In this document: one piece after another, positions 19,673 through 27,751 of the stretch
How the letters are laid out: the number at the start of each line of letters is the position of its first letter
How positions within the stretch are numbered: the stretch's first letter is position 1
From: a bacterium
GTDB lineage: Bacteria > Zhuqueibacterota > Zhuqueibacteria > Residuimicrobiales > Krinioviventaceae
NCBI GenBank assembly: GCA_963693055.1
Contig: OY843751.1
Coordinates: 1,120,001 to 1,184,000 of the forward strand
Length of the DNA: 64,000 bases
Direction of reading: 5' to 3'
Made by a program: the position numbers and the translations under genes
Notes under the pieces: model-generated
Seen by the model: the letters and a program-made list of their open reading frames with translations, nothing else
Told to the model about the DNA's origin: nothing
The model's database searches: none

Positions 19673-21187
19673 ATGACAAAAGCAAGAAATGGTCAAGAGA
19701 TTGTCATTGATTCCGGAATATTTAATGAGAATATTTCAATGAAATCCGGCGTAGATGTAATTGGTGCGGGGCGTGATGTAACAACCGTAACCGGACCGGT
19801 TTGGTACAGTAGTGATAGCAATACCATACTTCGAGACCTGTTTGTACAGGGACGTATTAATGTGACAGGTGGTGCAGTAAACCTGATTTACAAAGTTAAA
19901 AGCAGTCATCTCGATTATTATGGTGTTAATGCAATTGGTTCAAGTCCGTACATAGACCGGTTTTATTCCAATATTAGTCCCCATTATGGTTACGCGATAT
20001 ACGCGCACAACTCGTCTTATCCGGATGTGGTTAGCAGTTATATTACCAACAAGATATATGGTATTTTTGCTCAAAATTCTTCAGAAGCATATGTTGAAGA
20101 TACTTATTTTTGCAGCCAAACCGATTTGGATATTTTTGCAGATACGGGGTGTTATGTTGACGCGGAAGATGATGACAATATTTTCAGCGGCGACCCGGAT
20201 GATTACACCAGCGGTAATGTAGATTACCCATACAGTTGGGTGGAATGTGGTTTAATCAAAGCGGCCCCACGCGACATGATGGCGGAAACCTTTGCCCAGG
20301 GTGAGGTTGTGAATATCCGTAACGAGGCCGGTTTTAAAGCTTACAAGCAGGCAGCCGCTATTGTGAAAAATATCCGTAAAAACATGCTGAATGATTATAA
20401 AGCCAGGGGCGAATATAGCGCCAAGCAATACAACACAGAGTATGAATCCGCCATATCTATGTTTAAGGCGGTAGTGGATGATTATCCCGGGTCTGCATCG
20501 GCATTACTGGCCGCCGGACAGGTTTCTGATTGTTACAGAACAATAGGGCAGCCGGAATCGGCAGTAACATATTTGGGTTCTCTTGCTACTGATAAAGGTT
20601 ATAGCACCGTTCAGCCTGAAATTGAAAATATGCTCATTATTGCCAATCTTGATGCAGGTAAAACCCAAGAGGCATTGGCACTTGCGGACAAGGTGAGCAA
20701 TGTTGAAGGAAACGATCTGATAGCTTGTGAAGGGCTTTATCAGAAAGGAATAATCTATCGTCATTACTTGAACGATGAAGCCAAGGCAGCTGAGGCGTTT
20801 AGTGGTGTTGTTACGGATTATCCCGAATTTATGACGTCGCTTTCCGCGCAATTAGAGCTGGAAGATATGGGTAAAGAGGTGCCCAAACCTGAAAATATAG
20901 TACCGGAAGATATAACCTTTAGCGCGAGCAATTTCCCCAATCCATTTAATCCTGAAACAACCATTCAATACGCATTGCCGGAATCCGGTCATATCAAAGT
21001 ACAGATATTTGATATTCAGGGCCGTTTGGTAAGAACATTGGTCAATGCAACCATGAACGCGGGCGCGCACCAGGTGATCTGGAACAGCCGGGACCAGTAT
21101 GGTAATACCGTAGCGTCCGGCATGTATTTTTATCGTATGCAATACCAGGACCAGACCCTTACTCAAAAAATGGTACTTATGAGGTAA
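19673..21187 (+). CDS. Right-handed beta-helix + TPR + C-terminal FlgD-Ig sorting domain (C-terminal part of the split gene)
   Basis: NFPNPFNPETTI...IFDIQGRLVRTL...ASGMYFYR; same frame as 19064-19633; no signal peptide of its own. Confidence 0.8.
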   Translation: MTKARNGQEIVIDSGIFNENISMKSGVDVIGAGRDVTTVTGPVWYSSDSNTILRDLFVQGRINVTGGAVNLIYKVKSSHLDYYGVNAIGSSPYIDRFYSNISPHYGYAIYAHNSSYPDVVSSYITNKIYGIFAQNSSEAYVEDTYFCSQTDLDIFADTGCYVDAEDDDNIFSGDPDDYTSGNVDYPYSWVECGLIKAAPRDMMAETFAQGEVVNIRNEAGFKAYKQAAAIVKNIRKNMLNDYKARGEYSAKQYNTEYESAISMFKAVVDDYPGSASALLAAGQVSDCYRTIGQPESAVTYLGSLATDKGYSTVQPEIENMLIIANLDAGKTQEALALADKVSNVEGNDLIACEGLYQKGIIYRHYLNDEAKAAEAFSGVVTDYPEFMTSLSAQLELEDMGKEVPKPENIVPEDITFSASNFPNPFNPETTIQYALPESGHIKVQIFDIQGRLVRTLVNATMNAGAHQVIWNSRDQYGNTVASGMYFYRMQYQDQTLTQKMVLMR

Positions 21188-21219
21188 GTTATGAAAAGCA
21201 GGCAAAATAGCTTGAAAAT

Positions 21220-21259
21220 AAAAAAACCGGACAACCCTTTAGCGAGGAACGTTGCCCGG
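21220..21259 (-). terminator. Minus-strand terminator, probably for the aldolase gene
   Basis: CCGGGCAAC...GTTGTCCGG followed by T7 on the minus strand. Confidence 0.55.
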
Positions 21260-21292
21260 CACATCCAAAGGTAACAATGTTACCTAAAGCGA

Positions 21293-21325
21293 GGTCCGTT
21301 ACTTTTTCAGTAGCGGGCCTTTTTT
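21293..21325 (+). terminator. Plus-strand terminator after the FlgD gene
   Basis: GGTCCGTTACT-TTTTC-AGTAGCGGGCC followed by T6. Confidence 0.65.
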
Positions 21326-21329
21326 AATA

Positions 21330-21412
21330 TAAGAATGTTTGGTTGAATAGCAAGGTTTTTTCAATATTTGTCAATCCGGCGGACGCACAGGTCCGCCCTA
21401 ACAGAAACGATT
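21330..21412 (+). repeat. 83-bp direct repeat, copy B
   Basis: Matches 11988-12070. Confidence 0.9.
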
Positions 21413-21416
21413 GAAA

Positions 21417-22703
21417 TTATTCCAGTTTAAAATGCTTGCGAATATCCTGCAGTTCATCTTCATTGATGGCGACCAGTCCGCCCAGGCTCTTGGCATCGAT
21501 GAGGGAGCGGGCGCTGAATTCTGCTACTTCCAACCGGTCAAAGGCTTCCAGCAGCGAGCTGCCAACAGTCAGAATGGCGTCATGCTCCAGCAAAATCACC
21601 GGGGTGCTCTTGTTGAGCATTTTTGAGATTTTACCTTCCTGTGTAAACTGGTCTCCAAAGGGGATCTTTGGAATGTCCCGCAGCAAAATATAACTCTCCG
21701 GAATGGAGCGCGTATCAAAGTTGTCGTCAGTAATGCTGAATGCCATGGCATTAGGCGCCTGGGCCGAGATGATGGCATTGATCTCGGGATGATCGCGATA
21801 GATGCGGTCGTGCAGCAGTACAGAGCGGCTGGGCAGTTTACCACGCTCGCGCTTGCGATCATTGATCAATACAATATCCTGAACGTCCAGCAAGCGTCTG
21901 TCAACACCGGTGGGAGTAATCACAAAGGTGTTCTGATGTACCCGTACCGAAACCACGCCTTCGGTGCTGTTCATGATCTGCTGATCATACGCGCGATGTA
22001 CAATTTCGCAGATATGGCGTCTATAGGCTTTTTCGCGATTACTGCGATTTTCCGGATCAAACTCTACCAGGTAATGCTTGGACTGGTGAAACAATGCAAG
22101 CTGATCGTCAGTGAGTTCTCGATATTGTCCTAAAATATTTGCGCGTATTGCCAGACGTGCGCAAAAATCAAGGGTCTCAAATCGGTGGAACGCTTCCATT
22201 ATGCTGCCGCCGCCGCAAACCACACCGTGGTTTTCCATAATAATAGAGTCGTTACCGTCTTTGAAAGACTGGGCAATCAGCTCTCCCAGCTTGTTGCTGC
22301 CGGGCAGGGCATAGGGGGCGTAACCAATGTTACCACAAATATCATCCGCTTGCGGCAGAATGCGGGTTGAGGGCTTTTGCCGGGCAATGCTGAATGACAC
22401 CAGCGCACTGGGGTGCGCGTGCACAATACCACGGATATCCGGACGGTTATCGTAAATCGCTTTGTGAAACGGAAACTCGGATGAGGGTTTGTGAATGCCC
22501 TTGATCTCACCGTCCGCTTTAACGCGCACAATATCGTCCCATTCCAGCTTGCCTTTATCAACACCGGCGGGAGTGATCCAAATATCTCCATTTTCATCCC
22601 GGATTGAGAGGTTGCCGCCAGAAGTTGTTGTCATTCCATATCTGTATACACGCTGCATAAACAAAGTCAGCAGTTCTTTGGGGTGGGTTATATCATAATA
22701 CAC
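21417..22703 (-). CDS. Class II aldolase/adducin-family protein with two tandem domains (fuculose-phosphate aldolase-like)
   Basis: SGGNLSIR, KPSSEFPFH, HAHP, MENHG in domain 1; degenerate repeat in domain 2; GTG start. Confidence 0.88.
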   Translation of the reverse strand: MYYDITHPKELLTLFMQRVYRYGMTTTSGGNLSIRDENGDIWITPAGVDKGKLEWDDIVRVKADGEIKGIHKPSSEFPFHKAIYDNRPDIRGIVHAHPSALVSFSIARQKPSTRILPQADDICGNIGYAPYALPGSNKLGELIAQSFKDGNDSIIMENHGVVCGGGSIMEAFHRFETLDFCARLAIRANILGQYRELTDDQLALFHQSKHYLVEFDPENRSNREKAYRRHICEIVHRAYDQQIMNSTEGVVSVRVHQNTFVITPTGVDRRLLDVQDIVLINDRKRERGKLPSRSVLLHDRIYRDHPEINAIISAQAPNAMAFSITDDNFDTRSIPESYILLRDIPKIPFGDQFTQEGKISKMLNKSTPVILLEHDAILTVGSSLLEAFDRLEVAEFSARSLIDAKSLGGLVAINEDELQDIRKHFKLE

Positions 22704-22839
22704 TGTGGTTCCTTTCCTTAAACGTTTTCGTAGAACTGTATAATGTACAATTTTTTCTGAAAAAATGCATGCTAATCTTTAATTGAACACACAGAATGGC
22801 AAAAATATTTTTATTTTTTTTGAAATAAATGAAACAGAT

Positions 22840-22857
22840 TTGAGAATTTTTTCACAA
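22840..22857. promoter_or_regulatory. Putative Rex operator
   Basis: TTGAGAA-TTTT-TTCACAA, 1 mismatch to TTGTGAA-N4-TTCACAA. Confidence 0.55.
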
Positions 22858-22881
22858 AGTGTTTCATTTGAAACACTTTGT
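22854..22881. promoter_or_regulatory. 28-bp palindrome, putative enhancer-binding-protein site
   Basis: ACAAAGTGTTTCATTTGAAACACTTTGT about 115-140 bp upstream of a sigma54 motif; more TGAAACA/TGTTTCA half-sites near 22830 and 22940-22955. Confidence 0.6.
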
Positions 22882-22995
22882 TCCTTGTGCGATAAGTTAC
22901 TGTTTTTAAAAGTTGTTCACAGGCTTGTTCCGTGTTTTTGAAACACGCTGTTTCATAGGGATTGTTTTGTTCGTTGTTTTTATTGAGGTTACGGT

Positions 22996-23011
22996 TGGTA
23001 CGCTGTTTGCA
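22996..23011 (+). promoter_or_regulatory. Sigma54 (-24/-12) promoter
   Basis: TGGTACG-CTGT-TTGCA with exact GG-N10-GC spacing, about 100 bp before the GTG start. Confidence 0.75.
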
Positions 23012-23112
23012 TTCGTGTTCCAAAAATCGGCAGATGCTGTTTAAAAGTTACAACATTATGAAAAACAGTAGATTACATGTCTGCTGTATTCACTAAAACT
23101 CTGGAGTTTAAA

Positions 23113-24417
23113 GTGAAACAACACATTACAGGATTTTTAATTTTACTGATGGGATTATTTGTACTGTTTTCCTGTACAAAAAAATATCCCGATCAGACCC
23201 AGATGGATCTGGCAATTGGTGGAGATGGGTGTACCAATTGTCATATGAATACCGATCTGTTAAAGGAGGTAGCTACCCCTCAGGAAGTTACCGAGGGTGA
23301 TGCGGGCGAAGGCTGAGGCGGGGAAGTGGCTCCGTTGGAGACATGGCAGATGGTTTCAATTAAAGAATCTTTTCTTAGTACCCCACATGGAAAACTGGGC
23401 TGTACAGCTTGTCACTTTGGTAACGCCAAAGCAAAGACAAAAGAAGAAGCCCACGTAAACGACTTTGTTGCAAGTCCCAGCATGCAGCCGGATGTGTATT
23501 GCGAAGGGTGTCATGCTGAAATTACCAATGATCATAATGGTAGTTTGCACAAAAATCTCGATGGATATTACAAACGTATTGAAAAGCGCCTGGGTTATGA
23601 TATTTCTGGTGATGAAATGATTGTTGGCGAATTCAACAAAGAATGCGGCAAGTGTCATGCAAGCTGCGGACAGTGTCACGTATCACGACCAGTATCCGTA
23701 AAAGGCGGCTTTCTGGACGGACATACCTTCCAGCGTGAACCGACCATGAAAGACAATTGCACAGCATGTCATGGTAGCCGAGTTGGCGCCGAATTCTTTG
23801 GTGAGAATGAAGGCATGAGAGCAGACGTTCACTGGATCCCCAATGTGAAACGCTGTGTATTCTGTCACGATGGTAACTCCATGCATAGTTCAACAGATGG
23901 TGCAACCCACCGTTATGAAGACCAGGATATGACACGTTGCGAAGACTGTCATATGGATGATAAGGAAGCTAACGAATATCATCTTACGCACTGGAAAGAT
24001 GATGGCGGCTTGTCATGCCAGGTATGTCACTCTCAGGAATACAAGAATTGTAACAGCTGCCATACCGGTGGCGCGGGAATTACCGGTAGTTCTTATATGG
24101 ATTTCAAAATTGCCAAGAACCCGATCAAAACCGACTTTCGGAATTATGATATTGTAACGGTTCGTCATATTCCAATTTCTCGTGATACCTATACAAGCTG
24201 GGGTATTGCAGACTTGCCGAATTACAATGTTGAACCCACCTGGAAGTATGCAACACCGCATAATATCCAGCGTTGGACAGCCCGTACAGATACAACCGGT
24301 ACAACAGCTTGTTATGAAAAATGTCATAATTCAGATTATTACTTGACGCTTGAAGACTTGTTTGAAGAAGAAGTTGATGCAAACAAGGATTATGTATTAA
24401 CACGAAATGAAAACTAG
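23113..24417 (+). CDS. Multiheme c-type cytochrome lipoprotein, putative selenoprotein (Sec at UGA 23314-23316; 10 CXXCH + 1 CX3CH)
   Basis: ORFs 23077-23316 and 23326-24417 are in frame across one TGA (AGEG*GGEVAPLE); lipobox LFSC only in the first part; SECIS-like hairpin downstream. Confidence 0.82.
23326..23344 (+). promoter_or_regulatory. Candidate bacterial SECIS element
   Basis: GTG-G-CTCC-GTT-GGAG-A-CAT hairpin; apical loop begins with G, 17 nt after the UGA. Confidence 0.6.
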
Positions 24418-24453
24418 AACAAATAACAAATAATACAAAATGGAGGAAACTCG

Positions 24454-25458
24454 ATGTTAAAGAGAACACTTTTATTGTTACTGGGTTTGTCACTGGTCTT
24501 GTTCATGTTTGGTTGCAGCGATGATGATGACAATCCTGCTGAAACCGAAACTGTAGATGAATTTAGTTTAATGACAGATGTTGGTGATGTATATTTTACA
24601 GATTATACCACAACCGGTGGCAATGCTGTGAATGTTTCTATCTCTGCTGTATTCCCGATTTTGGCTGATGGCGATGCTTCAAATGATCCATTGATCCTTG
24701 ATTATCGTTCAGCTGCCGACTATGCAACCGGTCACCTGACAGGTGCTATTAATGTATCATTGGGAAGTTTGATGGATAAAATAGATGATGGTACAATTAC
24801 TAAAGACAAAACCGTTTTGAACGTATGTTATACCGGTCAAACTGCAAGTTTTGCTACCAGCATCCTGAATCTGTTGGGTTATGAAGCTGAGAATCTGCTT
24901 TTTGGTATGTGTGGTGTTACTACAGATGCTTCTGTAAATGGTACTGACAAATGGAGCTCTCAGGTTGCATCTGATGAATTTGCAGCACAATTGGTTTCTA
25001 CTGTCTCTACTACTACAACTGAATATGATTTTCCATCAATTTCTACCAGCCAGACTACTGCTGAAGAAGTTATAATCGAACAATTCAAATCCGTAGGTGC
25101 AAGTGGTTGGACCATTTCTGCCGGAGATGTTTTTGCTAATCCTTCCGGTTATTTTGTAATCAACTACTGGCCACAGGCTGAATACGAAGCACCGGGTCAT
25201 ATTCCGGGTGCTTATTGTTTTCCACCCAAGTCTTCTTTGCAGAAAGCAGAGATGTTGAAACTGCTGCCTACTGACAAAACAATCGTTGTTTATTGCTATA
25301 CGGGTCAAACATCAGCTCAGGTAACTGCTTACCTGCGTATGCTGGGTTATGACGCAAAAAGCTTATTGTATGGTGTAAATGGTTTTGCTTATAATGCATT
25401 AGCCGGCCATAAATATTCTGCACCAGCTGACGATTATTCATCTATTATTGTTAAATAA
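24454..25458 (+). CDS. Tandem rhodanese-domain lipoprotein (sulfurtransferase-like)
   Basis: Lipobox MFGC; GHLTGAIN/GHIPGA and two CYTGQT active-site loops. Confidence 0.9.
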   Translation: MLKRTLLLLLGLSLVLFMFGCSDDDDNPAETETVDEFSLMTDVGDVYFTDYTTTGGNAVNVSISAVFPILADGDASNDPLILDYRSAADYATGHLTGAINVSLGSLMDKIDDGTITKDKTVLNVCYTGQTASFATSILNLLGYEAENLLFGMCGVTTDASVNGTDKWSSQVASDEFAAQLVSTVSTTTTEYDFPSISTSQTTAEEVIIEQFKSVGASGWTISAGDVFANPSGYFVINYWPQAEYEAPGHIPGAYCFPPKSSLQKAEMLKLLPTDKTIVVYCYTGQTSAQVTAYLRMLGYDAKSLLYGVNGFAYNALAGHKYSAPADDYSSIIVK

Positions 25459-25468
25459 ATTCTGCAAA

Positions 25469-25511
25469 AACCCGAGACTGTGAAATTTTTTACAGTCTCG
25501 GGTTGCTTTTT
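25469..25511 (+). terminator. Strong intra-operon hairpin (partial terminator or mRNA stabiliser)
   Basis: AACCCGAGACTGTGAAA / TTTTACAGTCTCGGGTT followed by GCTTTTT. Confidence 0.6.
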
Positions 25512-25579
25512 AGACTTTTATATATTATCATTCAGTATAATCAAATATGCGCGGTTCCAAATATATCGCGGGAAAAATT

Positions 25580-26758
25580 ATGAAAAAAATCATTCCAATT
25601 CTGGTGCTGTTATCAAGTATGTGCCTGCAAGCACAGGGCCTGGTATTTCACGGAAAGGTCAGGAACTCTGTTTACAGTTACGAGAGTGATGAGCAGCATA
25701 ATCGGGCTTATCAGTATTTGCGTTTCAGCCTTGCAACCGCTGATAAAAAGTTCCGTATTAATTCATCTGTACGTGCGCTTACAGATTTTAACGAAACCAT
25801 AGACAGCGATCTTCGTTTCAAAGCTTATGCTTTGAACCTTGAAGCCAACGATCTTTTAGGCCGTGTGGATTTAAAGCTGGGACGCCAGTTCTTACATCCT
25901 GGAACTGTTTTAGGCGCTCTCGATGGTCTATCTGGCTCTGTCAAGATCAATAAAATGTTTTCTGTTGAAGGTTATGCCGGAACAGAATCACATTTTGATC
26001 GTATTTTCAAAGTCTATGAGCTGGATGACAGTTTTGTTGCCGGTGGTTTATTTAATGTTAAAAATCTGTACTCAACCAACCTGCAGCTTTTGTACCTGCA
26101 CAAATCCAATGTTGATACAACCTTGTTTCAGCTCACCGGTTTAAATGTTACCAATTATACTTTTGATAAAACGCATTTTAATGTTCAGGCGCATTATGAT
26201 ATGCAAAATGAACGCATGCACCGCTTGATGGCTTCTGTTCGCCAGGAGCTGTTGGGAAATATGGCGGTTAACCTCAGGTATAAAAGCCAGTATCCCCAGA
26301 TTTATACAAACTCGTTTTTTTCTATTTTTTCACCCAAGGCATACAAACAATATCATGCAGGGCTGAGTTACGAATTTTATAAAGATTATTATATCAGTAC
26401 GCAATACCAACTGGTCCAGTTTGATGACGGAAACGCAAACAAGGTATTTTTTACTATCAACGGTATGAATGCCAGTGCCGGTGTTTTATATGAAAGCGGA
26501 TACGCGGGTGATCAGTTGTCACTAATGTTTGATTATGCATATGAAGTGATTGAAAATCTCTATGCGTCAATCAATCTTGATTATTCGAAATACAGAACAG
26601 AAGAATTGTATGAATATGATAATCAATTGGCAAACGCGTTGCGCTTGAATTATCGCCTCAACAAGAACTGGATCATTGATTTGGAATATCAATGGTTGAA
26701 TAACAAATTCACAGAAAATGATTCCCGTTTTCTGAATCATATTACGTATAGATGGTAA
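25580..26758 (+). CDS. Outer-membrane beta-barrel protein (putative cytochrome-associated porin)
   Basis: Signal peptide, amphipathic strands, LKLGRQ and LDG motifs, C-terminal YRW; next to cytochrome genes. Confidence 0.75.
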   Translation: MKKIIPILVLLSSMCLQAQGLVFHGKVRNSVYSYESDEQHNRAYQYLRFSLATADKKFRINSSVRALTDFNETIDSDLRFKAYALNLEANDLLGRVDLKLGRQFLHPGTVLGALDGLSGSVKINKMFSVEGYAGTESHFDRIFKVYELDDSFVAGGLFNVKNLYSTNLQLLYLHKSNVDTTLFQLTGLNVTNYTFDKTHFNVQAHYDMQNERMHRLMASVRQELLGNMAVNLRYKSQYPQIYTNSFFSIFSPKAYKQYHAGLSYEFYKDYYISTQYQLVQFDDGNANKVFFTINGMNASAGVLYESGYAGDQLSLMFDYAYEVIENLYASINLDYSKYRTEELYEYDNQLANALRLNYRLNKNWIIDLEYQWLNNKFTENDSRFLNHITYRW

Positions 26759-26773
26759 TTGAAGGATTTTCCA

Positions 26774-27643
26774 ATGAAATATATAATTGGTATTTTAGCA
26801 TTATTTCTGTTGGTTTCTGTTTCTTTGGGACAGAATGTAGAACTGATCTTTTCACATCAGTTCCATGCTGTGGATGTTGAGGCCGAGTGTTCTGCTTGTC
26901 ACGTTGCGGCAGATACCAGTACAATGGCAATGCATAATCTGCTACCGGATATGGAAACCTGTTATACCTGTCATGATGAAGATACGGATTGTACTGTATG
27001 TCACAAAGATCCTGACAATGCGGTTCCGTATCCCCGTATTGAGCAATATATTGCCAAGTTCCCGCATGCGACACATGTGGAAAATGAGGTTGCATGCGAA
27101 ACATGCCATGCCGGTGTAGCCTCAAACAGTAATATTTTTGACAGTCATTTGCCTGATATGGGTGCGTGTATGAATTGTCATACCGAATTAGAGCAGCCTG
27201 ACTATTGTATTACCTGCCACGCAGAAACTGAAGATCTGATGCCAGCTGACCATAAATTGGATTGGACAAAATCCCACGGTTTTGCCGCACAAGCTGATCA
27301 GGAATGTTCAATTTGCCATACTGAGAACCAGTGTCTGGATTGTCATCAGGGAGATGATCTTGATCACAAAGTGCATCCGTTGAATTTTGTCAACAACCAT
27401 GCAATTTTTGCCAAAGGCAACAAGGACAACTGTTTGACCTGTCATGAAGAACTGCTCTCATGTGTCGACTGCCATCAACAGGAAATGGTAATGCCTGCAA
27501 ATCACTCCAGTGCAGGATGGTCCAACTTTACTACCGGTGGCCGCCACGCGCGTGAAGCCCTTCAGGATCTCGATTCCTGTGTTAGCTGTCATAATGACGC
27601 TGTGGGTAATCCGGTTTGTTTGACCTGTCACCAACAGAATTAA
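26774..27643 (+). CDS. Periplasmic 12-heme c-type cytochrome (c3/c7-like repeats)
   Basis: Signal peptide; 12 CXXCH motifs; FSHQFH and FPHATH axial-His motifs. Confidence 0.9.
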   Translation: MKYIIGILALFLLVSVSLGQNVELIFSHQFHAVDVEAECSACHVAADTSTMAMHNLLPDMETCYTCHDEDTDCTVCHKDPDNAVPYPRIEQYIAKFPHATHVENEVACETCHAGVASNSNIFDSHLPDMGACMNCHTELEQPDYCITCHAETEDLMPADHKLDWTKSHGFAAQADQECSICHTENQCLDCHQGDDLDHKVHPLNFVNNHAIFAKGNKDNCLTCHEELLSCVDCHQQEMVMPANHSSAGWSNFTTGGRHAREALQDLDSCVSCHNDAVGNPVCLTCHQQN

Positions 27644-27707
27644 GCTTTAGAAATAGTAAAGTTTAGCTGGCGGGGAAGAAGGGCCTCATCAGTTGATAAA
27701 ATATATT

Positions 27708-27744
27708 AAAAAAAGGCACTGTAAATTCTACAGTGCCTTTTTTT
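27708..27744. terminator. Bidirectional terminator
   Basis: A7-GGCACTGTA...TACAGTGCC-T7 between convergent genes. Confidence 0.8.
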
Positions 27745-27751
27745 AGGTATC

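Noticed and set aside
23314-23316. UGA as Gly or Trp (genetic code 25 or 4)
   Set aside because: cydA, cysC, cysQ and the GT26 gene end in TGA at their expected C-termini, and no other long gene needs TGA readthrough.
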